This document shows positions 19,655-32,489 of a stretch of 64,000 bases of DNA, piece by piece. The stretch is from Fimicolochytrium jonesii (lineage: Eukaryota). Location: positions 62,001 through 126,000 of the forward strand of contig NW_026515674.1 of the NCBI RefSeq assembly GCF_025526975.1. The letters run 5' to 3'. Below the pieces are notes generated by a model. That model was not told where the DNA came from. It was given only the letters and a program-made list of their open reading frames with translations, and ran no database searches. Both the position numbers and the translations under genes were made by a program. Position 1 is the first letter of the stretch; each line of letters begins with the position of its first letter.

Positions 19655-22118
19655 ATGTTTCGCTTGGCAACAAAGTCCGCCGCGAGTCTGGCGCCTGCCA
19701 GCTGCCTGAGAGTGTCCGCTGCAAGAGGTGAGTAATTGATCCACAAACGAGCAAAACGTTCCCACGGCATGCTCTCTTTACAACCACCATACACTAACGA
19801 ACCTCCCTTCCTTAGGTGCTCGCCACTTCAGCCAGACGAGGCCAGCACGGGCAACTGTAGAGCTGACCATCGATGGAAAAAAAGTTTCGATTGAGCAGGG
19901 AGCAGCCCTCATCCAGGCCTGTGAGAAGGCTGGTGTCGACATTCCCCGTTTTTGTTACCACGAGCGTCTCTCTGTCGCTGGTAACTGTCGTATGTGTCTT
20001 GTGGAGCTGGAGAGGTCTCCAAAGCCTGTGGCGTCCTGCGCCATGCCCGTCATGCCCGGGATGGTCGTAAAGACCAACACACCACTCGTGAAAAAGGCTC
20101 GGGAAGGAGTTATGGAGTTTTTGCTGGCCAATCACCCTCTGGACTGCCCTATCTGTGATCAGGGAGGCGAATGTGATCTCCAGGACCAGTCTGTGCGGTA
20201 TGGTTCCGACAGCAGTCGATTTCACGAGGCCGTTGGGAAGCGAGCTGTAGAGGACAAGAACCTTGGTCCTCTTGTCAAGACGTGCATGACTCGTTGCATT
20301 CACTGCACCCGTTGCGTCCGTTTCTCCAACGAAGTGGCCGGAGCCGTAGAGATGGGTACATCTGGACGCGGAAACGACATGCAGATCGGAACGTACATCG
20401 AAAAGACCATCAACTCGGAAATGTCCGGTAACATCATCGACCTCTGCCCCGTCGGTGCTTTGACCTCCAAGCCATACGAGTTCACCGCCCGTCCTTGGGA
20501 ACTCCGCAAGGTGGAGTCCATCGATGTCCTTGATGCAGTAGGCAGCAACATCCGCGTCGACTCTCGTGGACTCGAAGTGATGCGGGTCGTCCCTCGTCTC
20601 AACGACGACGTCAACGAGGAATGGATCTCTGACAAGACCCGTTTCGCTTACGACGGATTGAAGAGGCAACGTCTCACCACTCCCATGATCAGGAAGGGAG
20701 AGGACTTTGTGCCCGCCACCTGGCCCGAGGCCCTCTCTGCCGTCGCGCAGGGTATCAAGGAGGTCAAAGCTGACGAACTGGTCGCAATCGCCGGTCAGCT
20801 CGCCGACGCCGAAAGTCTCGTCGCCTTGAAGGATCTCTTCAACCGTCTCGGCTCGGAGAACCTCCGAACCGACTCTCGCAACGTCGACAAGCTCCCTGCC
20901 GGTGTCGCCGATTTCCGCAGTAACTACGTCCTGAACGACACCATCAACGGCATAGAAGAGGCCGACGCGCTGCTGCTTATCGGCACCAACCCCCGTCACG
21001 AGGCGCCCATCGTCAACACCCGCATCCGCAAAGCGTACCTCACCAACAACCTCAACGTCGGTGTCGTTGGCGCTGCCCCCGATCTCAACTACGAGTTTGA
21101 CCATGTTGGCGATGAGGTTGGCGCTCTGGAGGGTTTGGTTAGCGGCAAGCACGCTTTCTTTGAGACCCTCAAGTCGGCAAAGAAGCCCCTTATTGTTGTT
21201 GGAAGCGCGGTCTTTGAGCGTGCTGACTCGTCGGCTATTCTGTCTTCCGTCGCGTCTTTGGTTGAGAAGCTGAGGAAGAACGTTGAGCCTGGCCACCAGA
21301 TCTACAATGTTCTGCAAAGGGTGAGTCATGCACCGTTGTTACGTTGCTGAGAGAGCATCATTCTAACAAGTAACTCTTTGCGACTGAACAGGCCGCCGGT
21401 GCCACAGCAGCCCTCGACATCGGCTACACCCCATCCACCCCCACCCCCACAAAAGGCAAATTCATCTACCTCCTCAACGCCGATGACGTCCTCCCCTCCG
21501 ACATCCCCAAAGACGCCTTCGTAGTCTACCAAGGCCACCACGGCGACACGGGCGCTTACTACGCCGACGTCATCCTCCCGGGCGCCGCCTACACCGAGAA
21601 AACCGCCACCTACGTCAACACCGAAGGCCGCGCCCAGCAGACCCGCGCCGCCGTCGCGCCAGTGCAAGGCGCCCGCGAGGACTGGAAGATCGTGCGGGCC
21701 CTCAGCGAGGTCATTGGCAAATCCATCGCGTTGCCGTACGACGACGCCGCGCAACTTCGCGAGCGGATGGAGGAAGTTTCCCCGACTTTGGTGGCGTACC
21801 ATGGAGGTGTGGAGAAGGCTACTTTTGCGGACGTGGGGTTGACACAGTTGAGGAAGGGGAAGAGCACTAAGGGTGCGGCGAAGGAGGGCAAGTTTGTGCT
21901 CCCCATTGCAGATTTCTACATGACGGACCCGATCTCGAGGGCTTCAGCGACGATGGCGAAGTGCTCGCAGGTGAGACATTGTGGACCTTGCTCCTGTTTA
22001 CGAATTTACCACTCATTTGCTAACATACAATCCTCCCGGTCACGCTCAGGTCTTCACACACGGAAATCAAGAAGCCGCCAACGAGACCTCGAACAAGTCT
22101 CAACAGCAGGCCGCATGA
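19655..22118 (+). CDS. NDUFS1: NADH:ubiquinone oxidoreductase 75/78 kDa Fe-S subunit; exons 19655-19727, 19816-21320, 21392-21970, 22050-22118
   Basis: Mitochondrial-type presequence; [80 protein letters not shown]. Three GT-AG introns restore the frame. Confidence 0.97.
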
Positions 22119-22826
22119 GCAACGAGAGTCAGAAAAAGAAGAAATACCCCGCCACGTTCATAACACCTATAGACCCCCGATCCCGAATCTATAACCCTCC
22201 GTAACCGACCCTTTCACTTTTCGTTTTTATATGTCTTTTGCTTGAGAATTGCAAATGCCTTTTTCAAATACTGTCTCGATTGGAGGGCTTGGGAGATTTT
22301 TTCAGGGGGTCTAAAGCGGGTCATGAATGGAGTTGTTGGCGCTGATCCTATCGAGTCGTCCCGAAGCCGGTTCCCTGGGGTCATACACGCATTCAGGCCG
22401 TTTGTAGACTGTGGATGGCCTTTTCGCTGGCGGTGAGCCGGCTGAGGAAAGCTTCCCTGGCCGGCCACAAGGATACGGCGCTCATCTCTGATCTCAAGAT
22501 TACGTTGACCCCTTTTCCGCACCTACTGTTCTCCTGTGGGGGGTGTCTTCAAAGTCTGCGTTCGCGGATGTGGGACCTGATGGTTCGTTCTCTGGATATC
22601 GTTCCAAAACAGGAAAGAAGTGTCTGACTTACACACTGCGGACCTAAACTTTCGGCATCCTTACGCGTCATTTCTCATGTGTTAACCCTTAGAACCCCAC
22701 GCGTTAGGTCCAGTACTTCCACCTCAGTTGTCATTAAGGTGAAAACTGAATTGGCATGAAGTTTTCTACCGTCTCTTCCTCCTCCGGCTCACGATCCGCA
22801 AACGCTCAGTAGCAGAGAGTACCAAC

Positions 22827-23576
22827 ATGCCCTTGCCACAGTCCCTCCTCCCAGGCACTTCAGACTCGCGCCGTCGTCGCTCCCGTTTCCACTACCTACG
22901 CGGCACACAGCCCTTCATCCGCCGCATCCTCTCCTCCCGCCGCTTCGCATTCGCAAACGTCTGCCTATTTATTATAAACTGGCTGCTGCTCTTCGACAAC
23001 ACGTACCCCATATCCGAACCCGCCGAGATCTTCGCCGCCCGGTTCGCAACCTATATCCATACCACCACGCCGAACTTCGCGGGCTTTGACCCGGTTCTGC
23101 AAGTCAAAGGCGCGGAGGTCGTCAAGATCTTCAACAACTTCCATGGGGCGACAGACGCTGAACAGCGGTATAAAGCCGTATATGCAGACACATTACGGCG
23201 CTGTTTACGCGGGACAAAGATGCTGTGTATGATCCTTGAGGACGACCTCGTATTCCTGGACCCCCCAACAACCATTGCAACCATCGCCCGGCATACGATA
23301 TCCTACTATTCGAACGACAACATGTATTTTGACTGCTCAAAGCATGGGTACAAGTATCTCCCCACAGGGCGGACGGGGAATAAAACCCTGTGCCGCATTT
23401 TCACAAAGTATAAACTGGAGGACTTTGTTGAATGCTATGAGGGGATGGACGGCGCGGCGGATTTGGTAATCCCTGTTTGTATGGAGAAGCTGGGGATTCA
23501 ACAAGGACGGTTTTTGATCGTGCAGCATACGGGAGCGAAGACTAGGATACCGAAGAAGGATATAGATTTTACATAG
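22827..23576 (+). CDS. Putative type II membrane GT-A glycosyltransferase-like protein (249 aa, intronless)
   Basis: Basic N-terminus then one hydrophobic helix (FAFANVCLFIINWLLLF), CMILEDDLVF acidic motif, C-terminal IVQHTG. Confidence 0.55.
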   Translation: MPLPQSLLPGTSDSRRRRSRFHYLRGTQPFIRRILSSRRFAFANVCLFIINWLLLFDNTYPISEPAEIFAARFATYIHTTTPNFAGFDPVLQVKGAEVVKIFNNFHGATDAEQRYKAVYADTLRRCLRGTKMLCMILEDDLVFLDPPTTIATIARHTISYYSNDNMYFDCSKHGYKYLPTGRTGNKTLCRIFTKYKLEDFVECYEGMDGAADLVIPVCMEKLGIQQGRFLIVQHTGAKTRIPKKDIDFT

Positions 23577-24066
23577 AGTGGTGGTTGACTGCGTACTGCA
23601 AGCCCAAGGGTGGAAAACGATGCCTGATGCACTCTTCCCCACCTGACGCGACGCGTTTGGATCCGCATGAAAACCTTCGACACGACCCTTTCCGAGAGAC
23701 ATTGCTCCCTCCGAACCCGCAAACCACAAAACCAGAAACACAGAATGCCTTCTGTTCGGCTCGAGTTTTCTTTATTTTGAAGCAGTAGTACAGAATGCGA
23801 CGAAACTCAGAAAGAGAATCAAAAACGAGAGGTTAGCAACGCATCGTGGATCTTGTGGTAACTGAGGAGGAGTATGGGATCGCGATGGAGGGGTTTTCCA
23901 TGCAAGGGAATCAAACAGAAACTCAGGCGGTGGGGTATTGGGGTATCACAAAACTCGGAAACCGGGCGCGGGGGTGTTGGCATATGTACAGATGTGGGGG
24001 TTAAAGAAATCGAAAGAAAACAAACGCAAGACCTGGTTTGCAAGTAGGTAAATCTCGAGCGCGACT

Positions 24067-25788
24067 TCAAAGCCGCTCAATACAAATCCTCGCCTCCTCC
24101 GGCCTCAACAACCCGCCCGTCGTAAGCGTAATATGATGCGCGTCGGGGTCACCAGCCGGCAACGAGAACCTGAACGTGTTCAACAACATCGCAAGCGCGA
24201 CTTTCTGCTCCATAAGACTGAACTGCATCCCCAGGCAGATCCGGCTGCCTCCGCCGAAGGGCATCCACCCGGGATGGTTTTGCATGGCGCGCGGGGCGGC
24301 GAGGAGATCGTCTTCGTCTTCATCTTCGTTGCCGGTTTTTTCGGGGGGTGCTAGGAACCGCTCCGGGTCGAATTCGTCCGGGTTGGCGCCCCATAGAGCC
24401 GGGTCACGATGCATACCGAAGATATCGACCTGCAGCCACGTCCCCTTGGGCACCAAGTGTGTTCCGAAACGTGTATCCTCGACACAGCGGCGGAAGCCCA
24501 GGGCGGTCGCGGAGGGGTACAGGCGGAGGGATTCTTTGATGATGGCGTGGATGTAGCTGAATTTGCGGATGGCGTCTGCGGAGGGGATTGTGGAGGAGAG
24601 TTTGGAGGGGGTCGGGTCCGTAGTCGACGCATTTCGAGGGTGGAGGGCCATGACGGTGCGAACGTGTTTGCGGGCGCGGTCTTGGATGTGGGGGTTGGCG
24701 GCGAGGTAGTGGAGGGCAATAGAGAGGGCATTGGAGGTCTGGAGATATGTAAAAGCAGCGAAAGAAGTGATTCAATATCAGTTCCAACACAGGGGTGCAA
24801 TCCAAACATCGAAGAAGAACATTCGCAAAACACTACGTACCGTATCATGCCCAGCGACGAAGAAGATTGTCAAATCGTTGATGAGTTCCTCCTCATTCAA
24901 ATGATGCATCGGATCCTTATTCTCATTGCTCGACTCCACCATCATATCCAACAAATCCTGGGACGTCTTCCCCGCCGGCTTCACATCCCCAATATGCACA
25001 TTCTCCAACCTCTGCCTGCGATCCGCAACCATCCCCTTCATCAACCCCCTAAACTCCTCAATATGCCTCTCAGTGCGCCTGTTGGACTCGAGCGGCAGCA
25101 AGGGCAGGAAGGGGAAGACGAACATGATGGGTTTGAGCACGGCGGCGATGAGGTCGTTGTAGAGCGTGACGTAGCGGCTGGGTTCGGCGGAGGAGAGGGA
25201 GCCGAAATCGAAGCTGAAGATGATTTTGCCGAGGACGTCGAGGGTTAGGCGCTGCATCCAGGGGTACATATCAATCCCCTTGCCTGCATCCTTCTCGGCA
25301 GCAGCAGCAGCATCGTTGAGGCGCGCAATCAGCATCTCAACCGACTTGGCGAACAACTCCGGGTCTAACGGGCGCGAAAACGGCGGGCTGACCACATTCC
25401 TGTGCCGCTTCCACTCGGTGCCGCCGGTACCAACCACATTCCGTCCAAACGCCTTGACGACATGCGTATGCTTGAACAACGGCGTATCCGCCATAATCAC
25501 CTTCGGGAACTTGTTCGGATTCGCCGTCACCTGCTTCGCATACTCCGGGTTGGTGAGCACGATCGTCCATCGGCCGACGATCCACAGGCGCGCAATGCCA
25601 TCTTTTGGCGAATGGATGGCGGCACGGTCGCGGAAGTAGCGGATGTCGAAGGGCTCGTTGCCGATGAAGCCGCGGAGGGTTTTGAGGATGGGTGCGTAGG
25701 GGAGGGAGGCGAGGGAGGGGGGTGGGGCGAGGAATTTGTAGAGGAGGATGGCGACGAGGAGGATGAGGGAGACTGTGACGAAGCTCAT
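24067..25788 (-). CDS. Cytochrome P450; exons 25788-24841 and 24738-24067
   Basis: N-terminal membrane anchor plus Pro-rich hinge, WKRHR, I-helix FFVAGHDT|TS across intron 24739-24840, ESLR (ExxR), FDPERF, heme motif FGGGSRICLG. Confidence 0.96.
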
Positions 25789-26872
25789 GGTTGGGCGACG
25801 TGTTGGGCTTTGGGATATGCGTTTGGGATAAGTTGCGACCTTGTGTTTCTTCCTGGAGCGATCGAAATGAGGCTTTTGCCACGAATATGGATATGTCAAA
25901 AGAGGCTTTGGATACTCTCTCTCTCCCTAAACAGAACCTTCAAATTCTGCAGAGCACACGACAACACAAAAGCAAAGGGAGGCTTCCACACCACTCCACT
26001 TTTTATACTCCTAAACCAACCATCGGAGACCTGCTCCGGGAAAAAAATCAAAACCGCAATGGCATACGCATCCAATATCCCTCATTTCCCCTCGGGCCCT
26101 TCCTCCGAGATCCCGCGGGTAGACTCTCAATCCCATACGCATCGTCGAGTCAATAATCTGGGTGGGGGAACACTGGACAACCTCATAATGCACAGGTGCG
26201 CGCGCGAAACGCTCTCCACCAGGTGACGAGCTGCGCGCTGGGCAATAGTGTCACCACGCGTTATAGGGATTGACGGGATGCCGTCAAAGAGGGATACCTA
26301 CACTATCACCTCCCTTTTTCCCCGCGCTATGTCATGTTTGGAGGGACCAGCGAACGTTTGTCCGCGGTTGAATGGATTTCGCTTGATGCCGTGGGAAATA
26401 TGGAATGTTGCATGTGAAACGGGGAAAACTCCAAGTGCCTGGATGTTTGCAATGGTTCGAACGGAATAACTTGTTTCGTTTTGCGGAGGTCATACCACAC
26501 GGACACGAACCGCAGGACACCCACTCTTCGTCCTTGGGCTTGGCAGGTCCCTTTTTTTCGCTTTTTACCCACGGGTGCGTCTGGGAGTTCAACTGATGCT
26601 GATACGTATAGTTCTGGGCGGGGTGCTCCCAATTTTTTCAATGGAAGAATATTTCATCCTTTCGGGCGGTGATGCACAGCAGTGTTGTTTGGGGTTCGAA
26701 GCCCAGTGCAGCAATCTCACGCGAAAATGGGAGGTATCTTTGGTTCACGACTGGTACCTTTACAGGATGGGCATTCATGTATTTCCACACAGGATTGTTA
26801 TGCATCATCTGTCCAATACCCCACGCCTTCCCTACACAACACGTATCGCCTTTCCACCACATAACTAACTCT

Positions 26873-28479
26873 CTACAACCGGCGCAGAGTTCGTTTCTTA
26901 TCAGCCTTGACCACCTCAGGCTTCTTCTCCGCGACCCGCTTCTTCGGCGGTGGCAATGCCGACGTCGCCAGCCCCACCGGATGCGCCTCCGCCGCCTCAG
27001 GCAAATTGCTTTCCGATAAATGTCCCGCGGCTGCACCGGCTTGTCGTGGCTGCGACGCCAGATCCGAGAGGGGGAGGTGTTGTTGGTACCCTGATCCCTG
27101 CGGCGGGAGGGAGTTGCTGGCTGCGCTTCCGGGAGGGGTGCATGATCCTGCGATTCCGCTTCCCGGTGCGGCCGGGTCGCGTGCCCCTGTGGCGGGAGGT
27201 ACCGTTCCTGATGCGATTCCCGAGTTCTCTTGTGATACGGCCGGGAGCTTGCTTGATATGGTAACTGGTGTCGGCGGGGGCGCGTTTTGCTTTCCGAGGG
27301 TCGGCGCTGAACTTGAAGTCGTGCCGAACTGGATCTTGCTGTTGGTGCCGTGAATGGATGTGTAGAGTTTCGCGTGCTTTGCGTAAGAGTTGTAATCTTC
27401 GAGGAGCAGTCGTCCCGCCTCTTCGTTCAGGGCAGACTCGGGGTTTGGGTCAATCAGCAAACACTTGATTGTCTGTCAGTGCAGAGAGAAAAGAAAAGGT
27501 GAATACTTCTGTCCTCCGCAAGTGCGTAGATTGAAGCCGGCGCAGTCCTCTATCACATACCAGTAAAATGTGTCCGATCCCGTATTCCTTCTTCCAATCC
27601 TTTTTCAACACGTTTACGCAAATCTCTCCCGCCTTTGAAACATTCGGATGAAAGATCTTTGTCAAGAACGTCCCTTGTGGAGGTACGTTTGGAAACTCGC
27701 TGGATAAGGAAAGCCTGACGCGGAAGCAGCCTCCTTCGTATGGTGTGCCTGTTGAGGGTCGAGGAAGGGTGATAGTCACTCACATTTGATCCCTCATTCC
27801 TAAATACACTCTTCAACGTCAAGAGGGCGGATGGAGAACATACCTTGAGGACCTTCAACCCAGGCCTGCACATCCGTCAAATTGTCCGTGTTTATAATCA
27901 GCTTGATACCCTCTGGTGGTTGCCCTTGAAGTTCCGCGAATTCTGTAGAATGGGTTGTGAGAATGAAAAGCATTGCTTGAGGAGCATTCTACATCGAAAG
28001 TAGAACAGAAAGAACACGACTCTCTACACACTCCCGCACGCTCCAGACCTCAATATGCTCGCCCGTAGCTGGAATTACGCACAGCCTGCCCCGATTTCCT
28101 ATAGCTGTTCGCTCGGAAATCTCTAAACTCTCTCCTACGGCGCTATCCCTCGCCCACCCGTCCTCCGCCGCTCGGCCCCAAATGTTCCCACGCCCCACCC
28201 GCGCGTCTCCTCGCAGCCCACACCACGAAATCACACAAAAAAACTCCCAGCCCTTGCACGCATACCTTTAGAAAGCCTCTTGATAACTCTCGGCGAAAGG
28301 TTCTCGGAAGTCTGTTTATTCGGGAATCGCGTCGTGGGGAGGAAATGAAGGGGGCACGTCAGCAGAATGTCCGAAATTGGAGCAATGTCGGACGTCAGGG
28401 AATGGAAATGCCGAGAGACACCGCTGAGAGCTGTGGTTTTGTCCGAGGACGGAAGGAGGGGGGCGAGCCGACCTACCAT
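26873..28479 (-). CDS. UBE2S: Ubiquitin-conjugating enzyme E2 S (K11-chain E2 of APC/C); exons 28479-28477, 28311-28266, 27942-27844, 27748-27561, 27472-26873
   Basis: [72 protein letters not shown], and the basic C-terminus KKRTLRRL typical of UBE2S. Confidence 0.93.
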
Positions 28480-28776
28480 TTTGTTCTTTGAGACTATTGG
28501 GGGGGTAATTGAAAGTAGGTGTGGGTATTGAGGGATGCTCGTCGCTGTGCGTGGCAGGGAAGGTTGGCAAGTGGGCGAAACTCAGAAAGCGCAATCCGCA
28601 GACGCAGAGGGACGTGTCATCACAGGCGGCTGGAAGTCACCGGCCCCCTTGCTACGGCCGCGCCAGGTCACGCGGTCGGTCATTTACTGTCCCAACCGCA
28701 ATGGGCGGAGTCTTTCAAAGCAAAGAGCCCAGCTGCTCGCAAGTTGCTCAACTCAACACAGCAACGGCACAGCATC

Positions 28777-29133
28777 ATGGCCTCCCAACCCAACACCCCA
28801 AGCACCCCCGCCGCACTCGAATACAACCCAACTGCTGCCTCAGCCACCGCCTCACTAAGCCAGCCAGTCGCCCTCGACCACCTAGGTCCAGTCGTCGTCA
28901 ACTCCGTAAGTTTTGACACTCTCTCCCGCTTTTCCTCTCCTCGCCCTTCCAACTACAACACCTCCCCCCCCCCCCAGGACGGTACACTATCGAGAATAAC
29001 AAACTGGGACACTATGACGGAGTCGGAGCGGGCGAACATGGTGCGCGTGCTGGGAAAACGAAACGCGGCGAGGTTGGCAAAGTTGAAGGCGCAGGAGGAG
29101 ACGGGACAGGTGCAGGAGCAGGCGGGGAGGTAG
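28777..29133 (+). CDS. Small conserved-looking hypothetical protein (~94 aa), intron 28906-28977
   Basis: Removing the GTAAGT...CAG intron gives LDHLGPVVVNSDGTLSRITNWDTMTESERANMVRVLGKRN, a motif I recognise from small uncharacterised fungal proteins. Confidence 0.75.
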   Translation: MASQPNTPSTPAALEYNPTAASATASLSQPVALDHLGPVVVNSVSFDTLSRFSSPRPSNYNTSPPPQDGTLSRITNWDTMTESERANMVRVLGKRNAARLAKLKAQEETGQVQEQAGR

Positions 29134-29527
29134 TACCGGCACGGGCATACTTGAGAGACTGGAGAAGAACGACGGACATGGGCTTTTTGGGGACAGCTTC
29201 GGGACGATTTCAATTAGACAGATCGTACATAGAAATGACACGGGCCAACTGCTTATGAAGTACAGATAGCAAGACTACACTGGCAATCGAAAAATGGGTG
29301 GATTTCAGGCGACATGCAGATAACGATTGATGACCGGCCCATCCCGCCCCAAAAACTATTGAAAAGTAAGCGGAAAAGGACAAAAAAAAAGGAGCATTTG
29401 GCCCAAAATCGGAAGGCCCCGGGAGGGGAACGCATTTCTAGATACAGATTCGGGGCGACTGATTATGCGCTAGCCGGAAGGAGGAAGGAGAGCAGATGGA
29501 ACTATGTGGGATGCAGGGGGAACGCCC

Positions 29528-30691
29528 TCAATCATCGTGTTCGAGCGTTGAGGGGTCTTTGACGACCGTGACGGGGCATGAGAGGTGGTGCAGGACGTAG
29601 TCGCTTACGGAACCGAATGCCCATCTGTGTGAGGCGGGTATGAAGGATGAGTGTTTTGATCTTTGTTAAGGGTTGGGAAGAGATCTCCAGAAGTCAGCCG
29701 CCCATACCGTTGCAATGTACCCAGGTTGCGTGTCCCGATGATAAACAAGTCCAGATCCGAATGCGACTCATTTACAAACTAAAATGTCCATGAAAGTCAG
29801 TATCAAAGACCCACAACGCACCACCGAACCCACCCACCCCAACTCAATCCCAACCCACCTCCTCCATCAAAGGCCCCGTCTCCCCCTCCCCCTCCACCTC
29901 CAAAAACCGATAATTCACCCGCCCATTATAATGCGTCTTCAAATACGCCTTGCACAACCCCACGTCCTTCTCGGCCGTGTCCTGGATATCCATGTTGTAC
30001 GCGCGTTCGAGGTGGTCCCTACGATTCCCACAAGTCAAGTCAGCCACACTCATACACATGGCGGATGAAGAAGAAAGGGCTGAAGAAGGCGTACAGGTAC
30101 GGCACGTTCCGCTGCGGGTTCAGCGCGACAAAGTAGACAACGAGGAGATCATACTGGACATTCCCTAGCTTCTCACATAATCTTCTCGCGTAGTCGAGCG
30201 CGCAGAAGGCGGCGGGGGAATTGTTCGCTGCTACCATTATCTTCAGTCTATATGATATCATATGTCATGTATGCGCATGTGTGTCAGTGTGTAGAATGCA
30301 AACCGCAGCTTGTGTAAATGCGCTCAACACTTACGGCGCCGACGCAACCCCCTCGGTAATACTCCCCATCCTACTCGTAGTAGCCGACATTCCACTCGTA
30401 TTCCAGTCGTCTTCTTCGTGTTCGTGCGTACTCGAAATATATCTCGCGGGGTCTTTCCAAAGCGCGGACCCGATGCTTGTTAAATGTGTCGATAAAAACG
30501 GGATTGTTGAAGCGAGGCTTTTTTCGGTGGTGGCCCCAAAGGTTGTGCGCGAAAAGACAAAGAGCGACGTGTGTGAGGTCATGAGCACGCACTCTTTTGG
30601 AGCGCGATGAGAGAGGAATGGCAAGGGATACATACACACTGTGAAGGTTCTTTTCGACGAGGGATCGTAGGTCACTGACGTGCGAGTCCAT
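29528..30691 (-). CDS. Universal stress protein (UspA domain), about 6 exons; N-terminal exons tentative
   Basis: LKIMVAANNSPAAFCALDYA beta1-alpha1 and DLFIIGTRNLGTLQR|WAFGSVSDYVLHHLSCPVTVVK (G-x2-G-x9-GS-like USP motif), joined by GT-AG introns; stop at 29528-29530. Confidence 0.85.
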
Positions 30692-31047
30692 TGTCGGGCT
30701 GGGGTGCTGTGACTTGCACAAGATGCCTCTGTGGGATTGCGTAGTCCATTATTGCGATGTTGAGGGGAAGAGGGTAGGGTTGGGGAGTGGGTATGGGTTG
30801 ACGCGTTCTAACCCGTGTGGAGAGCAGTTTTGCATTTGTGCGCTTGGGGAAAGTCACTCCAGGACCCATAGCAAACGGCCGTATATAGAAGGTCAGGCCG
30901 AGGAATGCTATTACACCAGACAAACGATATGTCCTCACGAAACGGGGCATCGCCGACCATCTAAATTAAGCTAGCGACGCTATATACAATCCGATCCAAC
31001 CCAGATACGCCGATTCTCTCCCATGCCATCATCCACCATCAAAACCC

Positions 31048-32489
31048 TCACTTCTTAAAGAAGCTAGTGATACTCTTCATCCCCTCCCTATTCGCCTTCG
31101 CCAGCGATCTCTGCCCCGGTGTCAGTTTCGCTTTCTGTCAATGTCGCGGAACATGTCAGCAAGCGATCATGTTTCCATATACATCACGGCATACATCCGA
31201 TGTGTCAAGTGGTCATTTTTCTCACCTTTGCGTCTGCACCCGATTGCGCGGACCCGGTCTTGGGTGCCGGGCGCTTGAGCACGTTGTCGAAGTAGACAAA
31301 GCCGTCGTTGGCGTCCTGGGCGTTCTTCAAACTGATTCCAGCATTCACATCTGTTAAGACGGGCAGTGTGACATGACAGGGATTAATGTAAAGGCCTTAC
31401 CCGTACGCATCCTGCAGTTTCTCCACCCAGCATGGCCGCAGGTACTCTGATAAGAGCCTAATAGCGACTCGTAATCTCGATGCTGTATTCGGGGCAGTCT
31501 CAGCAACACATTCAAGGGCAAGGTCGGCGCCCAATGCGACAGGGCTTACTTTTGATCTGCTCAACCTCCAACCCCTCCTCTCCCGATCGCACGCTGTCCA
31601 GCAGTTCGTAATTATCAAAGTTTTCGAGAATTCGTTGGCACTTTTGGTGAAGCGGGTTATTGTCGGTGTCCCTAGGCTTCGATATACCCAGAAGTCGAGC
31701 TCACCTTGGCTTTCATCCACCGCACCACCTTCTCGTCGTTTAACCGCACACAGACGAGGTCGGGTGTTGGAGCTGCATGGTGTACGTAGAGTGTCAAGCG
31801 CCCGACTGTCCGCAACAGTGCTCCAAGTCTGCACGCAAAACTCACAGGTCGTATCACAAACCGCCGCCAGCCGATCCGCCAAGTCCTCAATCCCGCCTAT
31901 CCTGCTCAGATCTCTGTACTCCTCACTGAATAGCAGGTCGTCTAGCGAAATATACTGTCCTGCTGCTGCATCAGTCTGATGCGCAATGAGCAACACATGA
32001 GCTTCCAAATCAGATGTATCCAAATTAACGAGGTCATTACGCATACCTGCTTTCGCCGCGCATCCAATAAGGGTAACAGGACGAACAGAGGATCCATGGG
32101 CGAGGCAGTGTACAAGCTCCCATCTGCGTTCCCAAATACGCCGAATGAAAACCCTCTCCCCCTCCCATGCACATTGCACCATCTCTGCCGACCCTCACCT
32201 TTCTGCACACTATCGTCAATAAACCACGAGCTGCATCCGTCATTATCCACTCGCTGAATTTCGAGGAGGTGCGGTGGGTCGGGGCGGAGTGTGAAGTAGA
32301 CTAGTTCGCCTATCCAGTCCGGCAAATGAGGTGTTTAAGTTTGAGCATGGTCGGTGCGCTTTCCTACAACCGAGAGAGAATTCACTCACCCGTGCGCGGG
32401 TGTGGCAGTCGGATCCACACAGACGGGCGGGTTGCCGGTGCTGTTGGAGGCTGTGTGGCTAACCGTTCGAGGAATATGAGCGAGGTCAT
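31048..32489 (-). CDS. RNASEH2B: Ribonuclease H2 subunit B, multi-exon
   Basis: IRLPHPRT, SWFIDDSV, DGSLYTASPMDPLFVLLPLL, and a C-terminal PIP-box-like GMKSITSFFKK ending at stop 31048-31050. Confidence 0.85.

Noticed and set aside
19812..21329. 505-aa ORF antisense to NDUFS1; likewise 33312-34805, 57795-58643, 24409-25248 and 11520-12530
   Set aside because: Shadow or alternate-frame ORFs of GC-rich, codon-biased genes with no recognisable motifs.
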